DNA from: an uncultured virus (IMG/VR IMGVR_UViG_3300027769_000015)
Lineage: Duplodnaviria > Heunggongvirae > Uroviricota > Caudoviricetes
DNA length: 61,577 nucleotides
IMG/VR virus record: IMGVR_UViG_3300027769_000015
Strand: one strand, 5' to 3'
Below are positions 11,701-20,817 of this stretch, one piece after another. Below the pieces are notes generated by a model. That model ran no database searches, was not told the DNA's origin, and was given only the letters and a program-made list of their open reading frames with translations. The position numbers and the translations under genes were made by a program. The number at the start of each line of letters is the position of its first letter. Position 1 is the first letter of the stretch.

Positions 11701-14125
11701 AATCTGTTGTATTTCTTCCTGCTGTTAATATGTCTATGCTCTGTAGTATTTTTTGATTTACGGTGAATTCAACAACGTTTCCAGTAGAAGTTGTTATAAC
11801 TGAATCTAAAGTTCTATGATATCCGGATGATTCATTTACGTCTATACCAAAGTTAGCCAACATTTGATTCCAGAAAGTTCTACCTGTATCAGTTAAACCT
11901 TTTTCCTCTTCAGATCTAAACCCAGATATATCTGGAGTAAATATTTTAGTTTGAGTTTCGGCTGGCATGTAGAATGATAGGTTGCTACCGTTTGTCCATT
12001 CTCTGACTACGTTAGTTGTAAACACTTCGTTCTTGTAGCCAAGCAGAGCGTCGTTAACAATCTTAGAAGGAGATACGCCAGCTTGAGCTGACAATCTATC
12101 GGAGGCTGCCTGAATTCCTCTTAGATCATCTTGAGTTACTTCTCCATCTCTATCAGTGTCAAGCATTGCTTTTGCAATATCTTGAGTGTTGCTGCCCTCT
12201 TTGCCAAACATTAAGAATTCTTCATTTATGTAATTATGGAGAGCGCCAGCTGCTTTACCCATATACTGCCTAAATTTACCCCAATGAATAGCTTGGTTAA
12301 AGTCATTGAGCATTGGTAAGAATGGTTTATGGTTAAAGTTATATAGATTTAATGTAACGACTAACGCAAATGGATAACTTGGTATTGTCGAAATCGACAT
12401 ACCATGTAATGCAACCCCCGTTATTCCGTATACAGAATTTAAATAATGATTTCTAACTGGAAGGAATGGCGCATACTTAAACGCAGCAACTAGTCCTCTT
12501 AGGGATGATAAAAACTTATCTATCTTTTCTTCATTGTCACCATTACCGCTAAAGTCTATTGTGAAGTTATCCTTTAGTGTAATTTTTGAAGCGTCTTCAA
12601 TTGATATTCCCCAAATTTCTTCGTAGTTAGGGAAAAACAATTGCATGCTAATAGTTGTATGCTTATATCCTGAATTAAACTTTGGGCTATTCTTTTGTCT
12701 TAGTGCGCCTTCGCCCATGCTACTTGTTTTAAATTGAGTTTGAACATCAATTCCAATTGGTGGAACATAAAAATTAGCTGCTCCCAATCTAAGATGGAAT
12801 ATGTCCGGAGAAGATGGTGGGATATTTTGTCTAAATGGAAATTCTGAAATTGCTTTTTCTATTCTTTGACCAGTATTAATTAAATCCCATGCGCCAGTAA
12901 AAATATTTTCACCATTTACTTGACCAAGAGATGCCATCAAATCATTTAATATTGCCTGGCCATCATTAAGTGGATCTTCTGAACCACCGCCTTTCCCATC
13001 ATTTGAATAGTCAGCGGTTACAGCTAATGCCGTAAAGAAAAAATTAACTAGTTCTGGGAAATACCTGTAAATAGTAGCTAATGTTACAGGATCCCTAGAT
13101 AGCCTTTGTAGCACTACAGTGAGCTGTTGAAGCCAACCGGTATCTCTTACTCCGTCTAATACGTTTGCTGCACCTGCGCTACCCTTAACTCTGTCAAGAG
13201 TAGACAATCTAGCTCTACCATATGTTTGCATTGCATCGATATAACTTAATAAATCAAATAAGCCCGATGCTTCAATTTTATCAAATAGAGATTTTTGATA
13301 AGTGTCATTTAATTTAAGTATATCTACACTTGGAGATGCAACTGCTATAAACTGATTAACATAATTATCCTGTAAAGCTCTATCGTAAACAAAACTTGCA
13401 TTGTTTTTTCTTACTAAGTTTTCATAATAGGCGGAAATTGAGGAATAAGAACTATCAGAATTATCAAAACCAACTATAGCTGCTCCACGCCTTATAAACT
13501 CTTCTAAGGCCAGTTGCCTTTCAATAGTGGGACCAAGTGGATCTTCCTCAACTACTGGAGGTTCTTGAACATCTTCTGGAGTTTGCGGTATTTCTTCTGG
13601 GTTGTCACTGCCTATATTAAAATTTTTTACTCTCTCTGCAATGAAGCTTACCATTATTGAGGCTGACTCTATGAAGTGCCAGCAACCGTTGGCATTAGAG
13701 TAAGGGGCGCCATACCATGCTTCAAATGCTTTTGCATAAGCTGCGTCTGTTAGATCAACATTCTTAGTTGGTATTTTTTTATCAAACTTCTTTAGGATAT
13801 TATTAATTATATAATCTACTGGATTTTCGCCAGTTCTTGTATCTTGCTTTTTAATTGCTCTAATTAAAGCGGTTCGCAAAGCAATGTCGTTGAAATCAGG
13901 TGGAGCAATGTAGGCACCTGACGGTAATTGAATATCTTCCCATACGCCTATCGTACCGATAGGGCCAACCCAAACTTGCTGCAATTTAGCCAGGGCTGCT
14001 GTTTCAATTATATTTGAATTTGCATTCAAGGCTAACTCAGAAATCTGCAAAAAGTAATCGGTTGCTTGTTGCTTAGTGGTAAACTTTTCTTTTATATAAT
14101 TGAATGCTTGTTGATTTATAGTCAT
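2753..14125 (-). CDS. Giant (3790 aa) virion/baseplate-hub protein with DPBB (RlpA-like) insert and degenerate C-terminal SNase-like domain
   Basis: Uninterrupted ORF. Hub-like motifs RVHLRVGYG...LFNGVVTEV...VTVTCQSDAIEL and GELIVIGSPDIRPHD...FEVEQVVHHF...GFITSITP; YIAMRWPY...KVLVYSP...VSPDAAYFLG; NVIDGDEIEV...FKVRLEGI. Confidence 0.65.
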   Translation of the reverse strand: MTINQQAFNYIKEKFTTKQQATDYFLQISELALNANSNIIETAALAKLQQVWVGPIGTIGVWEDIQLPSGAYIAPPDFNDIALRTALIRAIKKQDTRTGENPVDYIINNILKKFDKKIPTKNVDLTDAAYAKAFEAWYGAPYSNANGCWHFIESASIMVSFIAERVKNFNIGSDNPEEIPQTPEDVQEPPVVEEDPLGPTIERQLALEEFIRRGAAIVGFDNSDSSYSSISAYYENLVRKNNASFVYDRALQDNYVNQFIAVASPSVDILKLNDTYQKSLFDKIEASGLFDLLSYIDAMQTYGRARLSTLDRVKGSAGAANVLDGVRDTGWLQQLTVVLQRLSRDPVTLATIYRYFPELVNFFFTALAVTADYSNDGKGGGSEDPLNDGQAILNDLMASLGQVNGENIFTGAWDLINTGQRIEKAISEFPFRQNIPPSSPDIFHLRLGAANFYVPPIGIDVQTQFKTSSMGEGALRQKNSPKFNSGYKHTTISMQLFFPNYEEIWGISIEDASKITLKDNFTIDFSGNGDNEEKIDKFLSSLRGLVAAFKYAPFLPVRNHYLNSVYGITGVALHGMSISTIPSYPFALVVTLNLYNFNHKPFLPMLNDFNQAIHWGKFRQYMGKAAGALHNYINEEFLMFGKEGSNTQDIAKAMLDTDRDGEVTQDDLRGIQAASDRLSAQAGVSPSKIVNDALLGYKNEVFTTNVVREWTNGSNLSFYMPAETQTKIFTPDISGFRSEEEKGLTDTGRTFWNQMLANFGIDVNESSGYHRTLDSVITTSTGNVVEFTVNQKILQSIDILTAGRNTTDFQKKAYDFIITSFIFQNPQLDSGRKSYLRDFSRTDNAYEDVERYVFGAIVFQDETLSQIKSFFKSKALSTSSYLDFMVDEYLQKRAVNTGKTNDTEWKEKERSIIKDQFAAGYSAMVYERFFKAGPIRDLMEAARERNGSFHIREWEVPMIRVDIDPAQAIVTDVSISMSNNIIPLQVQMQDEPTYQHVGGGDSYINISMKVFGEKELIKLRKIFDHINGLARLEHAAGVMGFLGIKNIITALAGVKYVLPLSFNVSTIPNFPHVYDVSLRLVDFDIFQQKREQLSSEQQRKMIEEFGTKKNPFLRMKQLWGSFNAYPDFPLEIRNKDSEVVGCLDPDFYFRSFEMFDRDVIHNVTENKGKLSRLNLFNVDPSKDITVVTPSGAMPYKGSAVLAKFKEYILNDQLDELKAYSRGTLGLKASETASYILQVLKDVDQPHDKFLLSYVDSLDEGEFDTKDLADSSWRLSSGQLKSGDLSSSDEEARAKLQAALSGNQEKDGFKEDAYVSFNPDELDAHAIINTFPAASGPGDTKIPSMIHTADGYQFGYVDKQNGRFYLTVDDVAVKKDSSVEYIGITDTQTPDVGTTKSLTGVPGAKALSEYQYSYSSGDEGKPETMKSNGNSKSVTNHWEKMMVDTQYRDISGRMIRAFPTYMLWLIDERTFAGTKLFDNFYGLQSIIDFSIVSSEDILGDTLVFRASNMYAKLSTKEATTIFSGRGETEDNPGVDKVSLTSGLEQVIDRTLNFARNQLGHMESQYIVDIENMRLKPGVRVHLRVGYGANPNSLHTLFNGVVTEVELGEIVTVTCQSDAIELSPVVNSVDKKGDSGKIDGALNTGLYLSEPRDLMVRLLSMGTSRTREAFAHATRGTVFSENKFGIRHFGTILYEPLNDIERNRNSGIRNAASDALLGIGQGSGITGGAGTVAGVLNPFGDNSNGTGIGGSPFGIDVRLPMVGIMRTMWSNFASQPDLELFKRNIYPGNGTGVAQFLGGDLGDGWSNAASLTPGEEPNPRLEYLSRLTDSSWNNLLQRYDSGSENAAAAIDDLTSGMEARASGGTATAILGGGLLAAGAALAIGTGGIALPFIGGTLAVGGGASLLGSLSGRGGVNIWKTFGLVSDLDDDMPGFDEVSFRAQTYMKSVWDLFQLCARLLPNYIVAVRPFEDRSTVFYGKPHWLYTSAVVPITTGFPSEKRAVELGLKTPSYRSPDSELMDLLTKVNKQSNPTSDYEAFRQGQNPAISLSDIVRQQSSYSDIYAPAGVLRGKVINFLDPFRTAYYGNNKTTKEQLFNDIISEIPKNKGYVTVGFHLPIDSTGQDASEVDVEKMKNLHKEIPQMPLRFSFPYFTDRVAGSVLLDYSFYALSNNRSGEGDDRLKTGTIHDGDKDLEKFNHDTLYRNLIDTEAALIAGSFTDKREGGSEDEFVINLAAVSFTAAVNPINTFGNDKFIFDLSVSGVSGSKSLIRMPLPSLKEQTRELNTLEGSWEYEYINQYKITSGSPFSYRDWGSPATALDEQFYIAMRWPYEIIEDKDDEIFKKFKDKYFPDRNEDQFHGKPKDYKNRKVLVYSPTTRTAVVCRPAYFLWGTDKADLIYGTTEENDWSEEWVVSPRSAIAQEVDLAAVVSPDAAYFLGVMHLTENEKYYFKREEDDNGTDENRASVGASALAQAGLAPVPMPRDCYFTFVDDSVPLGVVTTPYNPANEFRYNGETHVDMDYYIGFGAFSAEGDGKLLAEKANKAGMQKLGLSGTADSIERQLELLNERPTAFTNTQWQEYIPVSGITLLDQGHFAEAAARGGNILAGAGEENSYFDYILKADYSSLEREKLYEILDSELKTTGDEDTGSGRERYAAVYDPASPESIKAREFFDEGFSSATHVIAGNGRNLNQANDVWDQFRFGYHNEVAVKKIFFDAFGMDPDDKTPLPGFLIDILRNPKANPDIFKLFSANGPDATAVDEFSLLLGSDFIANPNQRTGKPYGTADSMERQIESGAGLSVSSDTVKQAIEFARKNLVDAPLDEGGLVRYFDTLTKTKYKRLGLFLQSQSNLSLILGADVGGGQPKADDVIKDHFTPKQVFLLIVGMFRQAMWQDSYARAWLVLKPNRKYTSDDMWDFSPVHKIFAAFIDPNQDYASNKRKFLKLLADNKGEGNSAGNVVGVLTHNIDSFWDQNIGPLFTALSDGLSGLMNMFRMSMLQMGYGLSNIDNFSKQANIMNKVLNDSIYYSLGRPGSLLRAIDNPFTREYGEPVVEVREPFQKIHYLSSFSTIIANNIQETTTNVATQVTAVSEGKYPVTVALDKSIPSERQVEKTVETGLYFDNIAGEGLFGIAQPLFHPIEFARGAIKLSQGAPDELMARRVALAHLKESLKDIYSGELIVIGSPDIRPHDLVYLADVYERMYGIFEVEQVVHHFTPNMGFITSITPNALVTVNDPARWFMSSWIHSWMSIQNIRNDTRSLINSVQAGSTGILSGGNISVDGMSEALRAQMMGGVQFTHGSSALMSDIMANFAAEGLTDAQSQIENQMKQNSENGVSLKGIAATYLTTVGLTAATAAIPGGAIAAGIAGAVASDLFWKGWKWVRDNVLDQHGCYISYLNKNGQPMDASLSINQGMVVGRYHTKRLLPGILGVRSKVRTVDGNAFIRNDDLLKSLGWKEKEITDLVRYVSYENALVNAEVLKYSGTGPDKTGLNQYFKVICKLNNVIDGDEIEVIDLMNPTGQPFKVRLEGIIASSLGTFQAYTNTSIQAGYKPDDPTTAINVNSPGGRSAIFVSERLRDKPFVIRISPNDQSSVSIYTEDDLSPGSRINNTNSYFKGVNYGDQEREKSLGTVFYRILDEDKEANIALIRSFFVRYIGLSIIEKKKKFKETLYDESVFGKKFDEIYNSIYTSDMENHFEITGETDPLLTITTDERKLFNDLVNFKILEVLYSKASEWPYISWDEYYNDGVPATLNWELVTNNLAQVYTVDLLRERASTGGLDRYIPMPNFVEQKGGL

Positions 14126-14130
14126 AGATA

Positions 14131-14602
14131 CTACCTAAACATTCCTTCTATTTTACGCATTTGCAACAATCTGTCTCCAGAAGAATTTCTTTTTAAAGCA
14201 CTTGAATAGTTATCTATTATAGCAGAATTTTTTATATTATTTGAATTATTTTTAAATGTTAAAGGATCACCACTAAGTGAGTAACTTTTTTTATTATATC
14301 TTGCTTGTTGATTAACCGGGTTATCGTAACCTGCTCCATTAGATTGGATATAGGCTGGAGATGAATTCATGTATCCCTCATAAGATCCTTTTAGTGGATC
14401 AGATGGGACTTGTGATTCTGGAGAATATCCCTGTATGCTCGGTGACCTTGAGTCATTAGTTTTTTTAGCTAGACCGTGAATTAACTATTGCACCAGCTGG
14501 ACCAGAGTTACCGCTGTTAGCTTTTGGTCCAGAAGCAGCTGCAACTAGGTTGGCATTAGCATTAGCTACGCCACCAGATCCAGTAGGAACATTATCAGCC
14601 AT
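14131..14602 (-). CDS. Hypothetical virion protein, 156 aa, +1 shift at CGGT 14473-14476
   Basis: ATG 14602 with AAGGA SD. 42 codons, then CGG-TCT-AGC-TAA. The +1 frame (GLAKKTNDSRSP...) is open into ORF 14131-14370. Confidence 0.75.
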
Positions 14603-14628
14603 AAAGTAATTTATCCTTTAATTTAAAA

Positions 14629-17600
14629 TTAGAAAGAACCCGCTATATCGTCGTAAGGATTACGTCCTAAAGAAGGGAGGCCATCATGCATAGTACCTTG
14701 GATATTTCCATTTGTTACTAATCCGCGCTCTATTCATGAATTCTTCTATCTTATCTTGATCTCCATTTACCGATATATTATAAGACATTCCTTGACCATT
14801 TTGGGAAATTGGCGCGTCAGAGAACTGCATAGGATCATTAGGTATTCTTTCATACGGGTTTCCTCCAGGCAATAGTGGTGGACCAGACATAGCTTCTTGT
14901 GTGTGTTCTTTTTTGTTAATTGAACCAAATATTGCTAGTCCAGTAGCAATTGCAGCTACACCAGCTATTTTTCCTTTATTTTTTAATGCCCCTTCGTACA
15001 ACTCTCTCATTTGTGGTGACTTCATAAAGTCTTGAATTCTTGTGTACTTTCCAGGAGCAACAGTAGCTGTATCTGAATAGCTTGAGGCAATCGCTTCTCG
15101 AGCTGCTCTGTCTGCCTTGTCTTCTGCTTCACGAATAAATTTTCGTCTTCCGCTTATCATAGACTCTATTGCTTCATCTATTGTCCCTAAAGATTCATCA
15201 GCTTTATCACCCCTTAAACCAGGAGTAATTACCCCTTCTGCTGTTACTTCACCACCCTCTAAAAGAGCGTTAAACTGCTGATACACTTCTTGTCCTTGTT
15301 CTTGTAGTGCGGTATATCTTCTTCTAATTGACCCTAGCAATCTTATTCTATTTGAAACTTCTTCTGCAATTTGTTCTTCTGTTTTTCCGGTAGAGGCGCT
15401 TCTAATTCTTTGTGAAATAATTGCCTCTGCTTCTAATTCATCTCCACTAAATGCAAGAAAGTCTTCTAAGAATTCAATGTCTATTGATGATCCAGTCATG
15501 TTATCTAAAACTTCTTGAATTTCACCTGGATTAACTAATTTTGGAATACCTTCAAGTATTCCAATTTCAGCGTTTTTTGCAGCGTTTTTATCCACCTTAA
15601 GTAGCTTTGATAAAAAGTCTTTGTCCATTAAATTTTCTTGATCTATTAATTTTAGATCAGTTGTTTTATCTCTAAGCGCTTGTATTAATGCCACCATATC
15701 ATCAGTTTGAGTTTTTGCAAATCCCCCAGTAAGCCTTAGTTCATTATTGGTTCTAACAAAAGAAGCTAAAGTTTGAAGTGAAAACTTCTCCATTCCAGGT
15801 ACGGCAATTTCGATTGCTTCGTCAGATATAAGAGCGTTTTCAAGCATTATCCCCATACTTCTGCGAACTTCTTGGATCATTCCAGGATTTGAAATACGTG
15901 TTGCGTTTTTCATTTCTTCTATTTCAAACAATAATCTATCCATAACATCTTCTGGTCTGTTAAACTTTCCTGGTTCAGATTGAAACCTTTGTATATGGGC
16001 AGTAAAAAATTCTTGAAGACCTGTTCTGGCTTCTTGTTGCGCAAAATCATTCGATGCCGTTAATCTGTCTATGATATTTGATCTAAGCTCTTCATACATT
16101 TTTGGCGATTTTATTTGCCTCAGTGCCTCAAGTTCACCTACACTTGCTAATCCTTGATCAACTAAAGAACCTGCTAATTTTGATCTTTTGCTAAGTGTAC
16201 GTCCATTAAATGTAATGTCTTCAATTTGTCTTAAAATTCTATTTTGAGCTACCATATTATCTAATGTATTTCCGTATTCTCCAGCTGTATCTTCTAGGCG
16301 ACTTGTTATAACACCGGTTAACTCGGTCATGGCATCATTAAGCGAAGTTGTATCATATGCCCTTGCGAAAGCTTTTATTGGACTATATTGGTTGTAGGAT
16401 ACTCTTCCCATTCTTTGTTCAAATAGAATCATATCTTTATTGACACCTTCTAAAAGTTCAACTGGATCAAATATTCCATAGTTTGCTTTTGCTTCGCCTT
16501 CTAATCCAAAAAAATCTAAAAGCCTTAATTTAATTTCTTCCGCAGAAAGTGTTTTTCCATCAACATCTTCTATTCCAGCTTTTGGTAAATTTCTAACTTT
16601 TTGTATTGCACCAGTTCTTGATAAAGTTTTAGAGACAGCCGTACTTACTTCATCAGCGCCTTGAAGAATTGAATCTAAAACTGCATTAACGTCTCCCCTG
16701 CCAGCGTCGTCTAAAACTCCAGATAACTTTATGTGAGTGGAAAAATCATCAAAACCAACCATTCCTATTCCGCTGAAATCTATATCAGGGTATAACTCTT
16801 GTATAGCTCTTATTGCTCCTATTTGTTTTGCTGTATTTTTAACTAATGCAACTCCTACATTTTCTGATGTTAAGTTAATAAGTCCAACTAATTCTTGACT
16901 AAGCTCATCACCCCTTGCAAGTATCTTATTTACAACTTCTTGTGTGTTATTAGGATTAATTTTTAGCCCAGCTCTTTCTGCTAAAAGGGCTAAATCATCA
17001 GATTCATCTTCTGATATAAGTGAAAATAAAGCAGTGCCCAAACTTTTTTGAGCCATTTCTTCAGAAAAACCAGCTCCTCTAGTAAGATTATATGACATTA
17101 CTAAATCTGAGTTTGTTGCAGTTAGATTTATTTTCATATCCGCACCAACTGCTGCGTCAATTGCACCTTCCGGATTAAAGACTAGCGATGTTGCAGCTTC
17201 AAGTCCTGTAGCAAGTTCCTCTAGATCTACAAGTCCATACTTTTGTGCATGTTGTTTTATTCTGCCGATTGCTGCAAGCCTCTGTTCTTCTGATGACACC
17301 GCCCAACCAAGTCTATTAACGTACTTACCTAATTCACCCCTAGGAGAAGATAGCGCAGCAACATTAGACCTTTGGAACATTGCGTCAAGGGCTTCTTTAA
17401 CGCCGAAGTACTGCTGTCTCATCTCCCGCCTTAGTTCCTTCTCTATAGAGCATGCCAGACATTCTTAAGGCAAAGCCCATAGGACTAAGAGCCTTTTCGC
17501 CTAAAGCTACAGACATCTTTTCAAATCCTTCTTGATAAGCTCCTGAACTCATTCCTGGAATCGAATCGTAAACATTACGAATTGATTGAATAAAAAGATC

Positions 17601-20600
17601 ATCCCTAGTAGGAGAAGCTGCACTGCTCATTATTTGAGTTAAACTGCTTTGTCTATAGCTCGCTATGAGACCAGCTTCTCCAGACTGGAGTATTTCATCT
17701 GCACTTAGCTTCAACATTGTTCCAGCTTGTGTTGAGGCAGCTTTTTTGGTTATAGCTTCTGATGTTCCTCCAATATTAAAATATTTATACTTTACACCAG
17801 CAACTCCTTTTCCACCAGCAGACATGTGTTGATTGGCAAAATCGTCTACGCCAATACTAGCTTGACCTTCAATTGTGTCCCATTGAAAATTTGTAACAGT
17901 TTTATCTTCTCCGTTTAAATCAACTAATTTGAATATTGCTCTTTCTAAATCTTCTTGAGTTACATCTCCAGCTGATTGTTTAAATTTTAATGCTACATCT
18001 TTCTGCCCATGTGCTAAAGAATTTAAATATTTAAATATTTTTTCTTCTCTACTTAATTTTTCCATACCCAACGCAGATGGTTGACCACTTAAATCAGATG
18101 ATAAACCAAGAACAAATCCACTTCTATTATTTATCATATCCGACACTGCATTTGATACATTTCTAAACTTTTGACCCATTTGCGTTTCGTCGCCAAACAT
18201 TCTCATTATTGTTTCTTCATCTAAATAAGGTGACATTAACGCAAATTCTTGAGGTCCAGTTGGTTGGCGCCAAGCAAAAGATACAAGCTTTCTAACACCT
18301 TCACTATTTTTAATTGATTGTAAATTAGTTATCCATTTATCGTCTAAGTCGAATCCACCACCTGCTTCATATAAACCTAAACTTGTTGAAGCAATATCTG
18401 GGACAAGCATTTTGTGTCCAATGTGCCTAAACCTAAACAAAGATAATTCATCACCAGTTGCAGATGTAAATCTGCTAAATGTAGTATCGTCTGTTACTCC
18501 TAGGACTTTACTACTAGCACCTCTTGATATTCTTCCTTCGGTATCTATAGCTTGTCTTTGTGCATACGGCATTGCAAAATTAAATATTTCGACATCTTTT
18601 ACCGCTCCACCAACATACCTCTTATATGTCTTACCAGTTCTAAACACTTCTCGTTGAGCTTGATTTAGAAGTTGGTTAGCAACTTCTGGTATTTCATTAA
18701 CTCTTACTTGTCCAGATGATAAAACTTGCTGTAAATTTCTTGCATTAGTTCTAATTCTGATTGCATTTTCTCTGCTACCAAATCTTTCAGCTAATTGCTC
18801 TAGATCCATTCCTTCTACATCAAGTGTTGCGTCGTTTAATATAGATCTTCTTAATCTTTCGCTTACAACCCCTTCAGAGATATTCTGTATTTCTGCCTTA
18901 AGATTTTCAGCCGCTTCGCTAACTTGCCTTCTAAAATCTTGACCGTATTGTTCTCTATGAAATATCATAGCCTGAGGTTCACTATAAACCATATCTCTAC
19001 CATGGCCAGTATTTATTTGCATGGTTAATTGTTGACCCACGTGAGGTCCCAAGGCTTCACTTCCAGGAGCGTTCATTCTACCAAAACTAATTTCTTTTTT
19101 AAACAACTCAGAAGAACCAGCTCCCATATATCCAAGTCTCGCTAAACGTCCTTCTATTTTTCCTGTTATTAAATCAAATACAGATTTACCTTGTCCTTTA
19201 CCAATAAACATTCTAGCTGTATCATGTTTAAATTCTCTTAAAGCTAATTTTCCTCCACCTAAAAATTCATCAGAATTAGTTACAATTCTATCTAATTGAG
19301 TTTTAAAACTAGAAATATTAGCCGTAAGCTGCATTGCTTCATCGCTACCTTCTGCATACGTAGGCAACAATCTTTTTGCTTCTTCTATTGAAGCTTTTAA
19401 ACTTTCTGCGTGTTGCCTGAATGGGACGCCCGTAACAAATCCAGAACCATCATCTATTTTTTTCATTTCCCCTAGTGCGTTTACATACCTTTGGTATTTA
19501 CCCTTTAGCGCTGGATCTACCCCTTCTTGTCCAGCTGCTTTTTCTATTCTTGATATAATATCATCTAAAGAAATTTTTTGATTTTTTTTGTCTGCAATAG
19601 TTTCTCTAAATTGAGATTGTATTATATTTGCAAATTCATTAAACTCTTCATCTCCAGATAAACCTTGTAGTTCTAAAGCTGAACGAAAAAACTGTTGCCC
19701 GGATTGAGAAGTTTCACCCTCCATAACAATACGAGTTCCAAGTCTTTCCCTTAAAACTCCCCTTCTCGCTTCATCTGTAAGAGAGGGGTTACCCAATAGA
19801 GAGTTAGTGTAACTTTCTTCTAAACCAAAAGCTTTTAGTGTTGTTTCTAATGCCGAATCAAAAAATAAAAATGATTCTTCAAAAGTTTTTGGAGCGGCGT
19901 TTTTAAATCTAGTGTTTACTCTTGTAGACAGATGATTAACCATGTCACCAATTCCCTCTTGGTTGATAACGGTATTTCTTTCTACAAGACTCTGCCACTG
20001 TCTTTTTGGCGCTTTAGAAATTTGACCACCCAATATTCTTTCTACGTCTTTTCCAAGATTAGAAGATCCATCAGAGTTTAATGGATCTATAAGTTTTGAC
20101 AATCTTTCCACATTGAAAAATTGAGTATCAAGTGCATTGAACAAAGAAACTGTTTGTTCTCCAGTTAAATATTTAAAACCATCATCTGTTTCATAGCCGA
20201 CTCTAAGTAGTATGGCGGAACCGTCTCTAGAAGCTAAGTACCCCGGTGGTGCCATTTTACCTGTTCTCAACATGTATTCTGATCCCATAATATCATCTAC
20301 TAAATCTGGATAAGTTAAAGGATCGTCATAAAGCAAGGCCATTTGACTTAGTGTTTCAGGCGTAGTGTCTGAATATCCAATTCTAAATAGTTGAACGTTT
20401 TTTCCTTCAAGTTCGCTAAGCACTTTGTGTCTTGATTTAAATGCCTTTGCTTCTGGATTGTCTAATCTTAGGTATTCATTAATGTTATAAGTTAAGTCAG
20501 ACAAAGGACCAAAACCAGATGGATCCGAAGAAAGAACTCCTCTTGTTCCAGTAAATGTGTTTACTTCAGAAATACCAAATTGGCTAGTTCCAAGTATCGT

Positions 20601-20813
20601 TAGATCTGAAGCTTCGTCATATCTTCCAGCTATTGCCTCTTCTAAGGTTTCGTAAACTTGTCCAGTTATAGAGTTGATTAAATTCTTATTATCTTTATCA
20701 AATCTTACTAACCCTCTTGCGTAAATATCTTGTTTTTTTACAATAGAACTAGGTATCTCGCTTATCTTCCTACCAAGACCTCTAGCGTACGGTGATAGAT
20801 TTTTTTCAACCAT
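14629..20813 (-). CDS. Giant (~2060 aa) virion/ejection-type protein with two +1 shifts (CGGC 17402-17405, CGGA 14722-14725)
   Basis: ORF 17397-20813 ends CTT-CGG-CGT-TAA and its +1 frame is ORF 14684-17422. That ORF has GCG-CGG near its end; the +1 frame gives GLVTNGNIQGTMHDGLPSLGRNPYDDIAGSF* ending at 14629, just before the next gene. Confidence 0.65.
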
Positions 20814-20817
20814 TATA

